Positions 8,904-17,206 of a DNA stretch of 64,000 nt are shown one piece after another (position 1 is the first letter of the stretch; each line of letters starts with the position of its first letter). The stretch covers positions 5,417-69,416 of the IMG/VR virus record IMGVR_UViG_3300044638_004427; one strand, 5' to 3'. The translations under genes were made by a program, and so were the position numbers. This DNA is from a virus. The notes under the pieces were generated by a model. That model saw only the letters and a list, made by a program, of their open reading frames with translations. It had not been told where the DNA came from and ran no database searches.

Positions 8904-10518
8904 ATATGATGTTTTTTCAAACAAATTTGCTCAAGATATTTTTTTGCAAAAGTATTCAATGAACGGAACCGAAACATGGGCGGACACATGTGCTCGTGTT
9001 GTAGGTGCTGTTTGTGGACAACTTGTAGATTCAAAAACTAAAAGTAAGATTTTAAAATTCATGGTTGACCGGAAGTTTATTCCCGGTGGCCGCTACTTAT
9101 ATTCTTCAGGTAGATCATTTCACCAAGTAAATAACTGCTTTCTTTTTCGGGCAGAAGATACCCGAGAAGGCTGGGCAGATCTTATGAATCGTACAACCTC
9201 TGCTCTACTTACTGGCGGTGGTATTGGTGTTGACTATACAGCCATCCGTCCAGACGGAGCACCAATCAAACGCACTGGGGGCTTTTGTACTGGACCTATC
9301 TCATTGATGGAAATGGTTAATGAGACTGGCAGACATATCATGCAGGGTGGCCAACGCCGCTCCGCTATTTGGGCTGGTCTTAATTGGGATCACCAAGATA
9401 CAATGAAGTTCATTCATCTTAAAGACCATACCCCAGAGTTGAAAGCACTCAAAGAAAAAGATTTTAATTTCCGTCTTCCGATGGAGTTTACAAATATCTC
9501 CGTCATCTACGATACAAATTTCTTTATTGCGATTGAAGACGAGTCTCACCCCAATCATGCCAACGCAAAAAAGATTTGGCTTGAGAACTGTAAACAAGCA
9601 TTCTCAACAGCTGAACCTGGAATGTCTTTCAATTTTAGAAAAGATGCAGAATCTCTCCGCAACGCCTGTACAGAAGTAACATCTGAAGATGACTCAGATA
9701 AATGTAATCTTGGTACAGTCTGGATGAATCGTTGTAAAGACAAAGCAGAGTTTGCTGAAGTCGTAAAATATTCTACATTATTTTTACTTTGTGGAAGTAT
9801 TTATTCAGACGTTCCAACTGCTAAAATTAAAGAAGTTGGAACTAAAAACAATCGAATCGGATTAGGTCTTGGCGGAATCCATGAATGGTTAATGCTTCGT
9901 GGACACAAGTACGAGTGTGTACCAGAGCTTCACAAATGGCTTGCCATCTACGAGCGAGAGTCCGACTCGGCTGCATTCATTGGAGCAAAACAATTAAACG
10001 TTGCCGTTCCTAAAGGCGTTAGAGCAATTGCTCCAACCGGAACTATTGGTATCATTGCTGAAACAACAACAGGTATCGAGCCACTCTTCTGTAAAAGCTA
10101 TAAACGCCGTTACTATAAAGAAGGTAAGTGGATGTACCAGTATGTTGTAGATGGTGCTGTTAAACGGCTTATGGAACAGGGTGTAAAGATCGAAGCTATC
10201 CAAGACTCTTATGACATCTCATTTAAAGAGCGAGTAAAATTCCAAGCCGATGTTCAACAGTATGTTGATATGTCTATCTCTTCTACTTGTAATATGCCAT
10301 CTTGGGGATCAGAAAAAAATAATGAAGAAACTCTTGAACAGAATGCTAAAATTCTTTTAAAGTATGCTAAGAGGCTTAGGGGATTTACTGTTTACCCGGA
10401 TGGATGTAGAGGTGGACAACCACTTACTCAAGTACCACTTGAAGAAGCATTACTCGTTGAAGGTCTTGTATTTGAAGAACGAGAAGGCGAATGTGTTGGG
10501 GGCGTATGTGGAGTTTAA
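8893..10518 (+). CDS. nrdJ: Ribonucleotide reductase, class II (B12-dependent) type
   Basis: PGGR, NNCF, GGGIG, QGGQRRSA, EPG, NACTE, CNLG, IAPTGT motifs and C-terminal CVGGVC; no nrdB in the window. Confidence 0.85.
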   Translation: MSNKYDVFSNKFAQDIFLQKYSMNGTETWADTCARVVGAVCGQLVDSKTKSKILKFMVDRKFIPGGRYLYSSGRSFHQVNNCFLFRAEDTREGWADLMNRTTSALLTGGGIGVDYTAIRPDGAPIKRTGGFCTGPISLMEMVNETGRHIMQGGQRRSAIWAGLNWDHQDTMKFIHLKDHTPELKALKEKDFNFRLPMEFTNISVIYDTNFFIAIEDESHPNHANAKKIWLENCKQAFSTAEPGMSFNFRKDAESLRNACTEVTSEDDSDKCNLGTVWMNRCKDKAEFAEVVKYSTLFLLCGSIYSDVPTAKIKEVGTKNNRIGLGLGGIHEWLMLRGHKYECVPELHKWLAIYERESDSAAFIGAKQLNVAVPKGVRAIAPTGTIGIIAETTTGIEPLFCKSYKRRYYKEGKWMYQYVVDGAVKRLMEQGVKIEAIQDSYDISFKERVKFQADVQQYVDMSISSTCNMPSWGSEKNNEETLEQNAKILLKYAKRLRGFTVYPDGCRGGQPLTQVPLEEALLVEGLVFEEREGECVGGVCGV

Positions 10519-10520
10519 AT

Positions 10521-10793
10521 ATGGAAGAAGAAAGAAAACTAAATCAATCATTCGCAGCCCCGATAGCTGGTGTATATCGGTATGAATTAATTCCGGCTGA
10601 CAGCCCCATTAATTATCATATTGATCTTTGGTATCAGTTTTCTATGGGCATGGATGACGAAGAATTACTTAACGAATACGATGATGCTGTGTATTTAAAA
10701 AAAGGTGACTATGTTGTATTCGAAAACGAAACAGTAAAAGTGAAAAACAAAACCCCAAATCTAAGATTGGTAGTTAATAATGACAACAATTGA
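10521..10793 (+). CDS. Hypothetical protein
   Basis: GGAG RBS before the ATG at 10521. Confidence 0.55.
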   Translation: MEEERKLNQSFAAPIAGVYRYELIPADSPINYHIDLWYQFSMGMDDEELLNEYDDAVYLKKGDYVVFENETVKVKNKTPNLRLVVNNDNN

Positions 10794-11004
10794 ACGCTAT
10801 AAAAAAATGTACTCAGAGCCCAATGATAGTGATAACATCGTGCTACAAAACAACAAAGCAATTGTTCCAACTTGGTTCGCTGTGTACTTGTTACATGGCT
10901 CAGGTATTAAATCTAGAAAAAAAAGAATTGTTAAAAAGATTTTAAAGACTCAGCTTAAAAAATTAATATTAAATTATGTCGAATCAAAAAACAGAGAAAA
11001 TTAG
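10780..11004 (+). CDS. Hypothetical protein
   Basis: Overlapping operon ORF. Confidence 0.5.
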   Translation: MTTIERYKKMYSEPNDSDNIVLQNNKAIVPTWFAVYLLHGSGIKSRKKRIVKKILKTQLKKLILNYVESKNREN

Positions 11005-11287
11005 TATAAAAACAAGCGATGGTACATATGTTGTTACAGTTAGTTTATCTTCTAGTTTAGAAGATAAAAAGATAAATGCAGTATATAGAAATGGTACAAT
11101 AACGGCTTGGATATCCAACTTTTGGTGGGAAATACCAGAAGATGAGCAAATAAACAAAGACGCCGAGCCACCTAAACCCAAACATTGTTGGCACCAGTGG
11201 AAAGAATATGTTGGTTTTACTGAACGTTATTGGTATTGTGAAAAGTGTGATAGCAAATCACAGGAGAATCCAAACAAATGTTTTTAA
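10976..11287 (+). CDS. Hypothetical protein with C-terminal Cys/His cluster
   Basis: HCWH...CEKC. Confidence 0.5.
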   Translation: MSNQKTEKISIKTSDGTYVVTVSLSSSLEDKKINAVYRNGTITAWISNFWWEIPEDEQINKDAEPPKPKHCWHQWKEYVGFTERYWYCEKCDSKSQENPNKCF

Positions 11288-11544
11288 AATTAACAAAATC
11301 ATCCGGCGCAAAAGTCAGAGTTAGCTCTGAACACATTTCATACTATCACTTATTCAATGGTGGAACTATAATTATATTTCATGAAGGTCATCATCTTGAA
11401 ATTCAAGAAAATCCTGAATTGATAGACAAACTATTACAAGACTCTTACATTACAATTAAAGAGGCATATGAAAATCGAATTGGCGAAATACCACAACATC
11501 CGACCAACTATCAAGTCGATGATTCAGAACAACTTCAATCGTGA
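11278..11544 (+). CDS. FlbD-like small protein
   Basis: MFLKLT..G.KV.V...HI......GTII.F..G..L.IQE.PE.I resembles the FlbD family; AGGAG RBS. Confidence 0.45.
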   Translation: MFLKLTKSSGAKVRVSSEHISYYHLFNGGTIIIFHEGHHLEIQENPELIDKLLQDSYITIKEAYENRIGEIPQHPTNYQVDDSEQLQS

Positions 11545-11728
11545 TCACGTTGATCTTGTTGCTAATATGGCTGTCGCCTGTAACTGTCCTGTCATTGTAT
11601 GTTGCTATTATTATGCTGAAGCTTTGGGATATATGCCAGAAGAAACTAAAAATCAAATAAACAACTTGATGATTTTTTATAACTACAATAACATTGAGGG
11701 TATTGAAACCCTAAAGGAATTCAAATGA
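11468..11728 (+). CDS. Hypothetical protein
   Basis: GAGG RBS. Confidence 0.5.
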   Translation: MKIELAKYHNIRPTIKSMIQNNFNRDHVDLVANMAVACNCPVIVCCYYYAEALGYMPEETKNQINNLMIFYNYNNIEGIETLKEFK

Positions 11729-11946
11729 GAGAATGTTACTTAGTAACAAAAACGGATACTTTATTTTTAGATTTGTATAATTCGCCTATCTCATTACACT
11801 CGTCATACGAAGCAGCAAAACAAAAAATCAGTCTAATGAATAAGAATGACGAAAAAAATAACGTAACACACAACGAATACAAAATACATCCAATGGAATT
11901 AGTAGAAGAACTTAATCAATTTCAAATACAATTAAATCTTTTATGA
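11725..11946 (+). CDS. Hypothetical protein
   Basis: ATGA overlap with the previous gene. Confidence 0.5.
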   Translation: MRECYLVTKTDTLFLDLYNSPISLHSSYEAAKQKISLMNKNDEKNNVTHNEYKIHPMELVEELNQFQIQLNLL

Positions 11947-12239
11947 AGAAAAAAGAATATACTATTCAAGTAGACGGTAACAGAACAACAGTATCATCGC
12001 CGGATTATTCAACTACTACAGTTGCATCGAGTGATGCCAACAAAACAGCAATAAAGATTCATCACCCAGAGCATTACAATAAAGGCATTGAATGCTGGGA
12101 CTACATTGTATCTCACAACATGGGATTCCTTGAAGGTAACGTCATTAAGTATGTCACAAGATACAAACTTAAAAATGGTAGGGCTGATCTCTTGAAAGCT
12201 AAAGAGTATCTTGATAAGCTACTGGAAGAGGTTAAGTAA
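11943..12239 (+). CDS. DUF3310 / T7 gp1.7-like nucleotide kinase domain protein
   Basis: HPEHYNKGIECWDYI...GFLEGNVIKYVTRYKLKNG..DL.KA..YL signature. Confidence 0.8.
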   Translation: MKKKEYTIQVDGNRTTVSSPDYSTTTVASSDANKTAIKIHHPEHYNKGIECWDYIVSHNMGFLEGNVIKYVTRYKLKNGRADLLKAKEYLDKLLEEVK

Positions 12240-12299
12240 AAGCAGCCCCAATTTTATCCAGTATGTTAAAGTAAGTTTAACTTACTGACTAGGAGTGTT

Positions 12300-12503
12300 A
12301 TGACATTACCAGATGAAAGAACAAGAGCGATTGTTAAAGCTAGAAACTTTCTTTATGATCTAACAGACCCAAAGAAAACTCCTCGTATTCCTAAAGCTAT
12401 TAGAAAAGAAGCATTCCGTATTCTTAAACATTACCCTTGGGATTCTTATTTAAATATTACAGCAGAAGCTTTGCCTGATGTCTGGGGTAAAACTAAAGAT
12501 TGA
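12300..12503 (+). CDS. BPSL0761-like conserved phage protein
   Basis: MTLPDERTRA...FL.DL...TPRIP..IR.EA...LKHYP pattern. Confidence 0.65.
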   Translation: MTLPDERTRAIVKARNFLYDLTDPKKTPRIPKAIRKEAFRILKHYPWDSYLNITAEALPDVWGKTKD

Positions 12504-12528
12504 CAATACCAACCAAAAACAGTATCAT
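12500..12528 (+). promoter_or_regulatory. Sigma70-type promoter
   Basis: TTGACA-17 nt-TATCAT. Confidence 0.7.
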
Positions 12529-12534
12529 CTAGAT

Positions 12535-12987
12535 ATGAGTAGGCTATATCGTTTAAAGTTACACGATAAGACAATCAAATACCTCAATAAAATTAAAAGA
12601 GAATATGGTGTTAAAGTTTCTGTTGGAAAGATTCAGGACTTTAATATCAGTGAATTTTTTGATATTGATGGCACACCGCTCACAGCGGGATCAGCCGCTG
12701 GATATTATTTTGCAACTCTTGATGGATCTGAATATCTTTATGTAGCAAACAAACAGGTGTACAAAAAAGGCCACGATGCTATTGTACTACATGAGATCGG
12801 CCATCTACTATTAAATAGACACCGTTATGTGAAATATAAAAGCCAAGAAGAATCATTCGCAAATGGTTTTGCTCTAGCTAAAGCACAAGAACTTGGTATT
12901 TACATCGACCCTGATATGGTTGTTGAAATGTGTAAGTACTCAGATAAATATTATAAGAAAACAATTAAGAAAGTAAAACGTAAATGA
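12535..12987 (+). CDS. HExxH metallopeptidase-like protein (ImmA/IrrE-like)
   Basis: VLHEIGH followed by EESFANGFA. Confidence 0.65.
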   Translation: MSRLYRLKLHDKTIKYLNKIKREYGVKVSVGKIQDFNISEFFDIDGTPLTAGSAAGYYFATLDGSEYLYVANKQVYKKGHDAIVLHEIGHLLLNRHRYVKYKSQEESFANGFALAKAQELGIYIDPDMVVEMCKYSDKYYKKTIKKVKRK

Positions 12988-14075
12988 AGAACAAACTTTC
13001 TCATAGTGCGTCAAACCAATTCATGGACTGTCCCACAAAGTGGAAGTACCACTATGTAGATAGGCTTCGTTCTAAGACACACCATGCCGCCCTTGCCTTC
13101 GGTTCCGCTGTAGACTCGGCTGTTACTACTCTACTTAAAGGCGGGGAGAAGAAGCCCGAGGATATCTTTGCCTACTTTTGGAGGTTTCAAGATATCAATG
13201 GCAAACAAACCTACCTCCCCACTTCCACTCAAATTGTTTACGCCAACTCTGATTATGATGAGGAGCTACTCCTCCCAGAAGATATTGATAAACTTAGAGA
13301 AGAGTTTAAACTAGAAAATCCATTAGCTGAAGTACAGAAAGTGTATTCTGAAAAAGAATACATGGGTTTTGATGGACTCCCCGAAGATAGAAAGAAGATT
13401 CTAAACTATGCCAATTGGCTATCACTCTATCGCAAAGGCTTGCTGATGGTACAAGCTGTGCGAGAAGATGTAATGCCAAAGATCAAGAAGGTACACGGCT
13501 CACAGGTTTATTGTAAGCTAGAGAACGATGTTGGTGATCTTATCGTTGGCTATGCCGATATGGTGGCAGAATGGGAAGGATATGATGAACCTATTATCTT
13601 TGACTTTAAAACTTCTGCGAAAGATTATGCGGTCGATTCGGTACTTACGTCGCCGCAATTGACTTTGTATGTTCACTCACTTAGCAGCGAGTACAAGAAC
13701 ACCCGCCGTGCTGGATACATCGTGCTAAACAAGAACGTTAGAAAGAACCGCACGAAGATCTGTAAGAAGTGTGATTATGTAAATGAAGGCACTAACCACA
13801 AGAGTTGTAATAATACAGTAGATAGTGTACGTTGTAACGGGGAATGGAATTCAAAGCTAAACCCAAAGATCCATGTGCAAGTTGTTATCGACTTGATTCC
13901 AGAGAAGACAGAACAGATTGTCCTTGAGAACTTCGATTACATCAATGCATCTATTAAGAATGGTGTATATCACCGCAACTTCTCAAGCTGCGTAAAGCCT
14001 TATGGAAAATGCACGTTCTACAATCTCTGCTACAAGGATAGCATGGATGGGCTTGTTAAGCTGGAGGAAAAATGA
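12984..14075 (+). CDS. PD-(D/E)XK exonuclease (RecB/Cas4-like)
   Basis: SHSA..F.DCP, FGSAV, GYADMV, IFDFKTS, QLTLY motifs and C-terminal Cys cluster. Confidence 0.85.
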   Translation: MKNKLSHSASNQFMDCPTKWKYHYVDRLRSKTHHAALAFGSAVDSAVTTLLKGGEKKPEDIFAYFWRFQDINGKQTYLPTSTQIVYANSDYDEELLLPEDIDKLREEFKLENPLAEVQKVYSEKEYMGFDGLPEDRKKILNYANWLSLYRKGLLMVQAVREDVMPKIKKVHGSQVYCKLENDVGDLIVGYADMVAEWEGYDEPIIFDFKTSAKDYAVDSVLTSPQLTLYVHSLSSEYKNTRRAGYIVLNKNVRKNRTKICKKCDYVNEGTNHKSCNNTVDSVRCNGEWNSKLNPKIHVQVVIDLIPEKTEQIVLENFDYINASIKNGVYHRNFSSCVKPYGKCTFYNLCYKDSMDGLVKLEEK

Positions 14076-14344
14076 GTTACGTTGAGCATTGTAAAAAACA
14101 CGGCCAGTATCACGGAGAAATCTGCGGAGAGTGTTTTGAGGATCTCAAAGCATTAGAAAAAGCTTATTATGAACAGGAAGAAGAATTAGATGCCACTATG
14201 ATAGCGTTTAATATTCTTAAAAAAGAAAACGAGCAGCTACGCGCAATGTTAACTTCCATCAAACAATCTCTGATTGAAATTAGTATTCAATCGGAAGGCA
14301 CAGTAATGGCTATTGACGAAATGGAAACTAATAAAGTATTATAA
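14072..14344 (+). CDS. Hypothetical coiled-coil protein
   Basis: GGAGG RBS; CKKH...CGEC. Confidence 0.55.
   Translation: MSYVEHCKKHGQYHGEICGECFEDLKALEKAYYEQEEELDATMIAFNILKKENEQLRAMLTSIKQSLIEISIQSEGTVMAIDEMETNKVL
14313..14342 (+). promoter_or_regulatory. Sigma70-type promoter
   Basis: TTGACG-18 nt-TATTAT just upstream of the ATG at 14349. Confidence 0.45.
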
Positions 14345-14348
14345 ACTT

Positions 14349-15272
14349 ATGATTAAAAAATATGAAACATATCTCAAAATTGACAAAGATTACCAACCAT
14401 CGCCAGGTATTGAAGTCGTTAGTAAATTACGTCCTAATGTTTATCGAGTGGTGTATGACCATCGTACCGATACGGTAAGCTTTACTGAGATGGAAACAAA
14501 TCACGATGAACTTGTCGATTTACCTAGTCCTGAATATGAAATGATTACTCAGGATGTTGATATGTTTCTTACCTCTGAATGTGAAGCACGATTTAAAGAA
14601 GTTGGCTTTTTACATAAGTTTAATATACTTTTGTATGGTTTACCGGGAACAGGGAAAACGTGCTTAGTTAATCGTGTAGCACAAAAGGTAATCGCATCTG
14701 GTGGGATTGTTTTATTTAACCCACCACCTGCAGCGTTAAAATCTACATATGAAGTATTAGACGCTATTCAACCAGAAACCAGAGTGTTGATTATCTTTGA
14801 AGAAATGGATCAACATGTAAGAGATGATGAAACTACTCTTCTACATGTACTCGATGGTGAGGTTCAAAAAAAGAACGCTATGTATATTGCAACAACTAAC
14901 TACATTGAAAAAATTCCAGCTCGGGTAAAAAGACCCGGAAGGTTTTCGGTTGTTGTAGAAATTGAATTCCCTAACGCAACTGCTCGAAGAACATACTTAA
15001 CTACAAAACTAAAAGATAAAGCTATCATCGAACATATTGTTAAGAAAACAAAAGGATTTAGTATTGATGAACTAAAAGAAGTAGTAAGGGGTTACTACTG
15101 TATGAAGAAAGAACTAGATCCATACATTAAATATGTTGCATCAAATTCTGGTAAAAAAATAAATGAATTAGATGATGGTGATGGATTTATATCAGATGAA
15201 TATGCCTGGCCAGAGAGAACACCTGAAGGTGATTTTAAAAGAGCATTAAGTAATTTTGTAAATAAAAAATAA
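14349..15272 (+). CDS. AAA+ ATPase
   Basis: Walker A GLPGTGKT, Walker B IIFEEMD, ATTN sensor 1, KRPGRF. Confidence 0.88.
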   Translation: MIKKYETYLKIDKDYQPSPGIEVVSKLRPNVYRVVYDHRTDTVSFTEMETNHDELVDLPSPEYEMITQDVDMFLTSECEARFKEVGFLHKFNILLYGLPGTGKTCLVNRVAQKVIASGGIVLFNPPPAALKSTYEVLDAIQPETRVLIIFEEMDQHVRDDETTLLHVLDGEVQKKNAMYIATTNYIEKIPARVKRPGRFSVVVEIEFPNATARRTYLTTKLKDKAIIEHIVKKTKGFSIDELKEVVRGYYCMKKELDPYIKYVASNSGKKINELDDGDGFISDEYAWPERTPEGDFKRALSNFVNKK

Positions 15273-15497
15273 TAATTATGGAAAATAAAATTAAGAAATA
15301 TGAAAAACAATGTCTTGATTATGCAGAAAAGTTTAAGCGTAATTGGGAGTGGTATGGCATGGTTAAAGATGCTTGGCTTGCTGGTTATCAACAAGCTAAG
15401 ATTAATTTTTCTGAATTTGAAAAAGAAACACACATCCTTGTCAGTGAAAACGGAAGTCATCAAACTGGAGAAAAACTCACATACCCCGGAGGAAAAA

Positions 15498-15776
15498 ATG
15501 GGCAGACCGAAAAAACAAGTTGACTCTGAACTAAAAACAAATACAGCAGATGCTGTGGAAACGGAAACTGTTATGGAACAAACAAAACAAACGTCAGTTC
15601 TAGATGGATTAGCTTTAGGTATTTCTAAAACCAAAGATGGTTGGGCAGTTGTACAAATCGCTTACAACGCAGAATCTGGAGAATCAGACTTGCAAGATGT
15701 TCACCTAGCTGGTATATCTAGAGATGACGCAATTGAGTTATTCAAGATTACAGCAGTGGAGAAAGGACTTGTATGA
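15498..15776 (+). CDS. Hypothetical protein
   Basis: GGAGG RBS before MGRPKK. Confidence 0.6.
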   Translation: MGRPKKQVDSELKTNTADAVETETVMEQTKQTSVLDGLALGISKTKDGWAVVQIAYNAESGESDLQDVHLAGISRDDAIELFKITAVEKGLV

Positions 15777-16306
15777 AGACAGTAACTACGCCGAAAGGTA
15801 CAGCACTACCCCTTGTCAACCTAAAGGGTAAAGATTATTTAATGGTTGGCCACAGACTTCAGTGGTTCAACGAAACGGAAACAAACTTCCGAATTGAAAC
15901 CGACTTCCTTCTTGTTAATGATGATCAAACGGTAGCACGAGCTATTGTTACTGTCTTTGATAAAGAAGGTAAGGAAGTTAAACGGGCCAGTGCAACAAAG
16001 CGCGAAACCAAGAAGGACTTCTCCGATCATACCGAGAAAGCTGAAACTTCAGCAGTAGGTCGCGCTCTAGCTATGCTTGGATATGGGACACAATTCGCTA
16101 TCTCAGATCTTGACGAAGGCGATAGGATCGTAGATAGTCCAGTAGTAGACGCTCGTGGCGCAGCATCTAAGCCAGCCGATAGTGTAGCCAAATTAGAGTC
16201 AGCAGTAGGATCAGTTGCTGATATTAAAAAAGCAGGATCATTTAGAAAAACAGCATCTAAAAAACCAGACGTTGCAGTAGGAGCAGAATCAGATGGATGG
16301 GAATGA
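15773..16306 (+). CDS. Rad52/Sak-like single-strand annealing protein
   Basis: LKGKDYL.V..RL.WF and EKAETSAVGRALAMLG motifs; acidic tail. Confidence 0.7.
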   Translation: MKTVTTPKGTALPLVNLKGKDYLMVGHRLQWFNETETNFRIETDFLLVNDDQTVARAIVTVFDKEGKEVKRASATKRETKKDFSDHTEKAETSAVGRALAMLGYGTQFAISDLDEGDRIVDSPVVDARGAASKPADSVAKLESAVGSVADIKKAGSFRKTASKKPDVAVGAESDGWE

Positions 16307-16661
16307 AGCAGTACAGTTAGAACAGGAAATGATTAAACAGGAGCAGCTAAACCAAACCCCACCGGAGGAAGTTGCTGCTTCTATGTTTAATCTTTATCTA
16401 CCTCGATTCCAATTGATGGTAGATAAACTTAGTAATAAATCCCTACGAAGAGTTCTTAAAGCATTGATTGAATATCCCCTTGTAGAAGAAGATTTTAAAT
16501 TCTCTAATGAACTTGAAAAGGAAGCTTTTCTTGTTGCAGAGAATCTTATCTTAGCTAAAGTAATGATGATCAATCATACCCTCATGCAGCATGAAGTGGA
16601 CTTGCAAAGTGTGGGAGAAACTGATAATGTAGTTAAAGAACAGGAGAATGAAAATGGCTAA
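16293..16661 (+). CDS. Hypothetical protein
   Basis: AGGAG RBS. Confidence 0.6.
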   Translation: MDGNEAVQLEQEMIKQEQLNQTPPEEVAASMFNLYLPRFQLMVDKLSNKSLRRVLKALIEYPLVEEDFKFSNELEKEAFLVAENLILAKVMMINHTLMQHEVDLQSVGETDNVVKEQENENG

Positions 16662-16959
16662 ATCAAAACGTACTGTAGTAGGATCTGTTTGTAAATCTAA
16701 AGATACTGGTAAACCGGATTATCTTGTTCTTCGTGGTCAAACAGCAGATGCTCTTGCTAAAGCACTATTATCAGCAGATAAACAAAAAGGTCTTACTCTA
16801 AAGCTAGAGAGCAAGAAGTTTCAAATGGAAAGTCTAGATGCTGCAGTTGCAGGGGGTAAGCTATCAAGTGATTTAGCTGAAAAGATCAAAGCTGATCGTA
16901 TTGAAAAAATCCCAGACTGGGTTAGGTTTGAACTCGTTCTAGTTGAATCTCAAAAGTAA
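16654..16959 (+). CDS. Hypothetical protein, possibly ssDNA-binding
   Basis: AGGAG RBS; sits between annealase and primase-helicase. Function inferred from context only. Confidence 0.5.
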   Translation: MAKSKRTVVGSVCKSKDTGKPDYLVLRGQTADALAKALLSADKQKGLTLKLESKKFQMESLDAAVAGGKLSSDLAEKIKADRIEKIPDWVRFELVLVESQK

Positions 16960-16974
16960 CCTTGATTTGGATTT

Positions 16975-17196
16975 GTGACACCTACCTAATCGTGATGGCG
17001 ATTTGTGTAATTGTTGTCCCATCAGCATGACACAATGAGAGTGGTGTGTTCGGGAAGCTTTTCCCGTAGTTCAGTAGAGAACTAAGTTAGTTCTGTTTAG
17101 AACTACATAAGCTGTAAAGAAAGCATCTACCGTATTTTGTGGGTTTTGATAGTTAAAACTTACCGTGTGGCCCCGGCGTTAACGGGGCACTTTTTT
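16975..17196 (+). ncRNA. Candidate structured RNA or leader, unassigned
   Basis: About 245-nt intergenic gap with several hairpins, ending in a terminator-like hairpin. Confidence 0.4.
17167..17196 (+). terminator. Rho-independent terminator-like hairpin
   Basis: GTGGCCCCG-loop-CGGGGCAC plus TTTTTT, directly before the AGGAGG RBS. Confidence 0.7.
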
Positions 17197-17206
17197 AGGA
17201 GGCACA

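Noticed and set aside
12984-14075. Cas4 or CRISPR system
   Set aside because: No repeat-spacer array or other cas genes seen; context fits a phage recombination exonuclease.
16960-17200. tmRNA or tRNA in the intergenic gap
   Set aside because: No T-arm/CCA end or tag reading frame found; kept only as an unassigned structured RNA.
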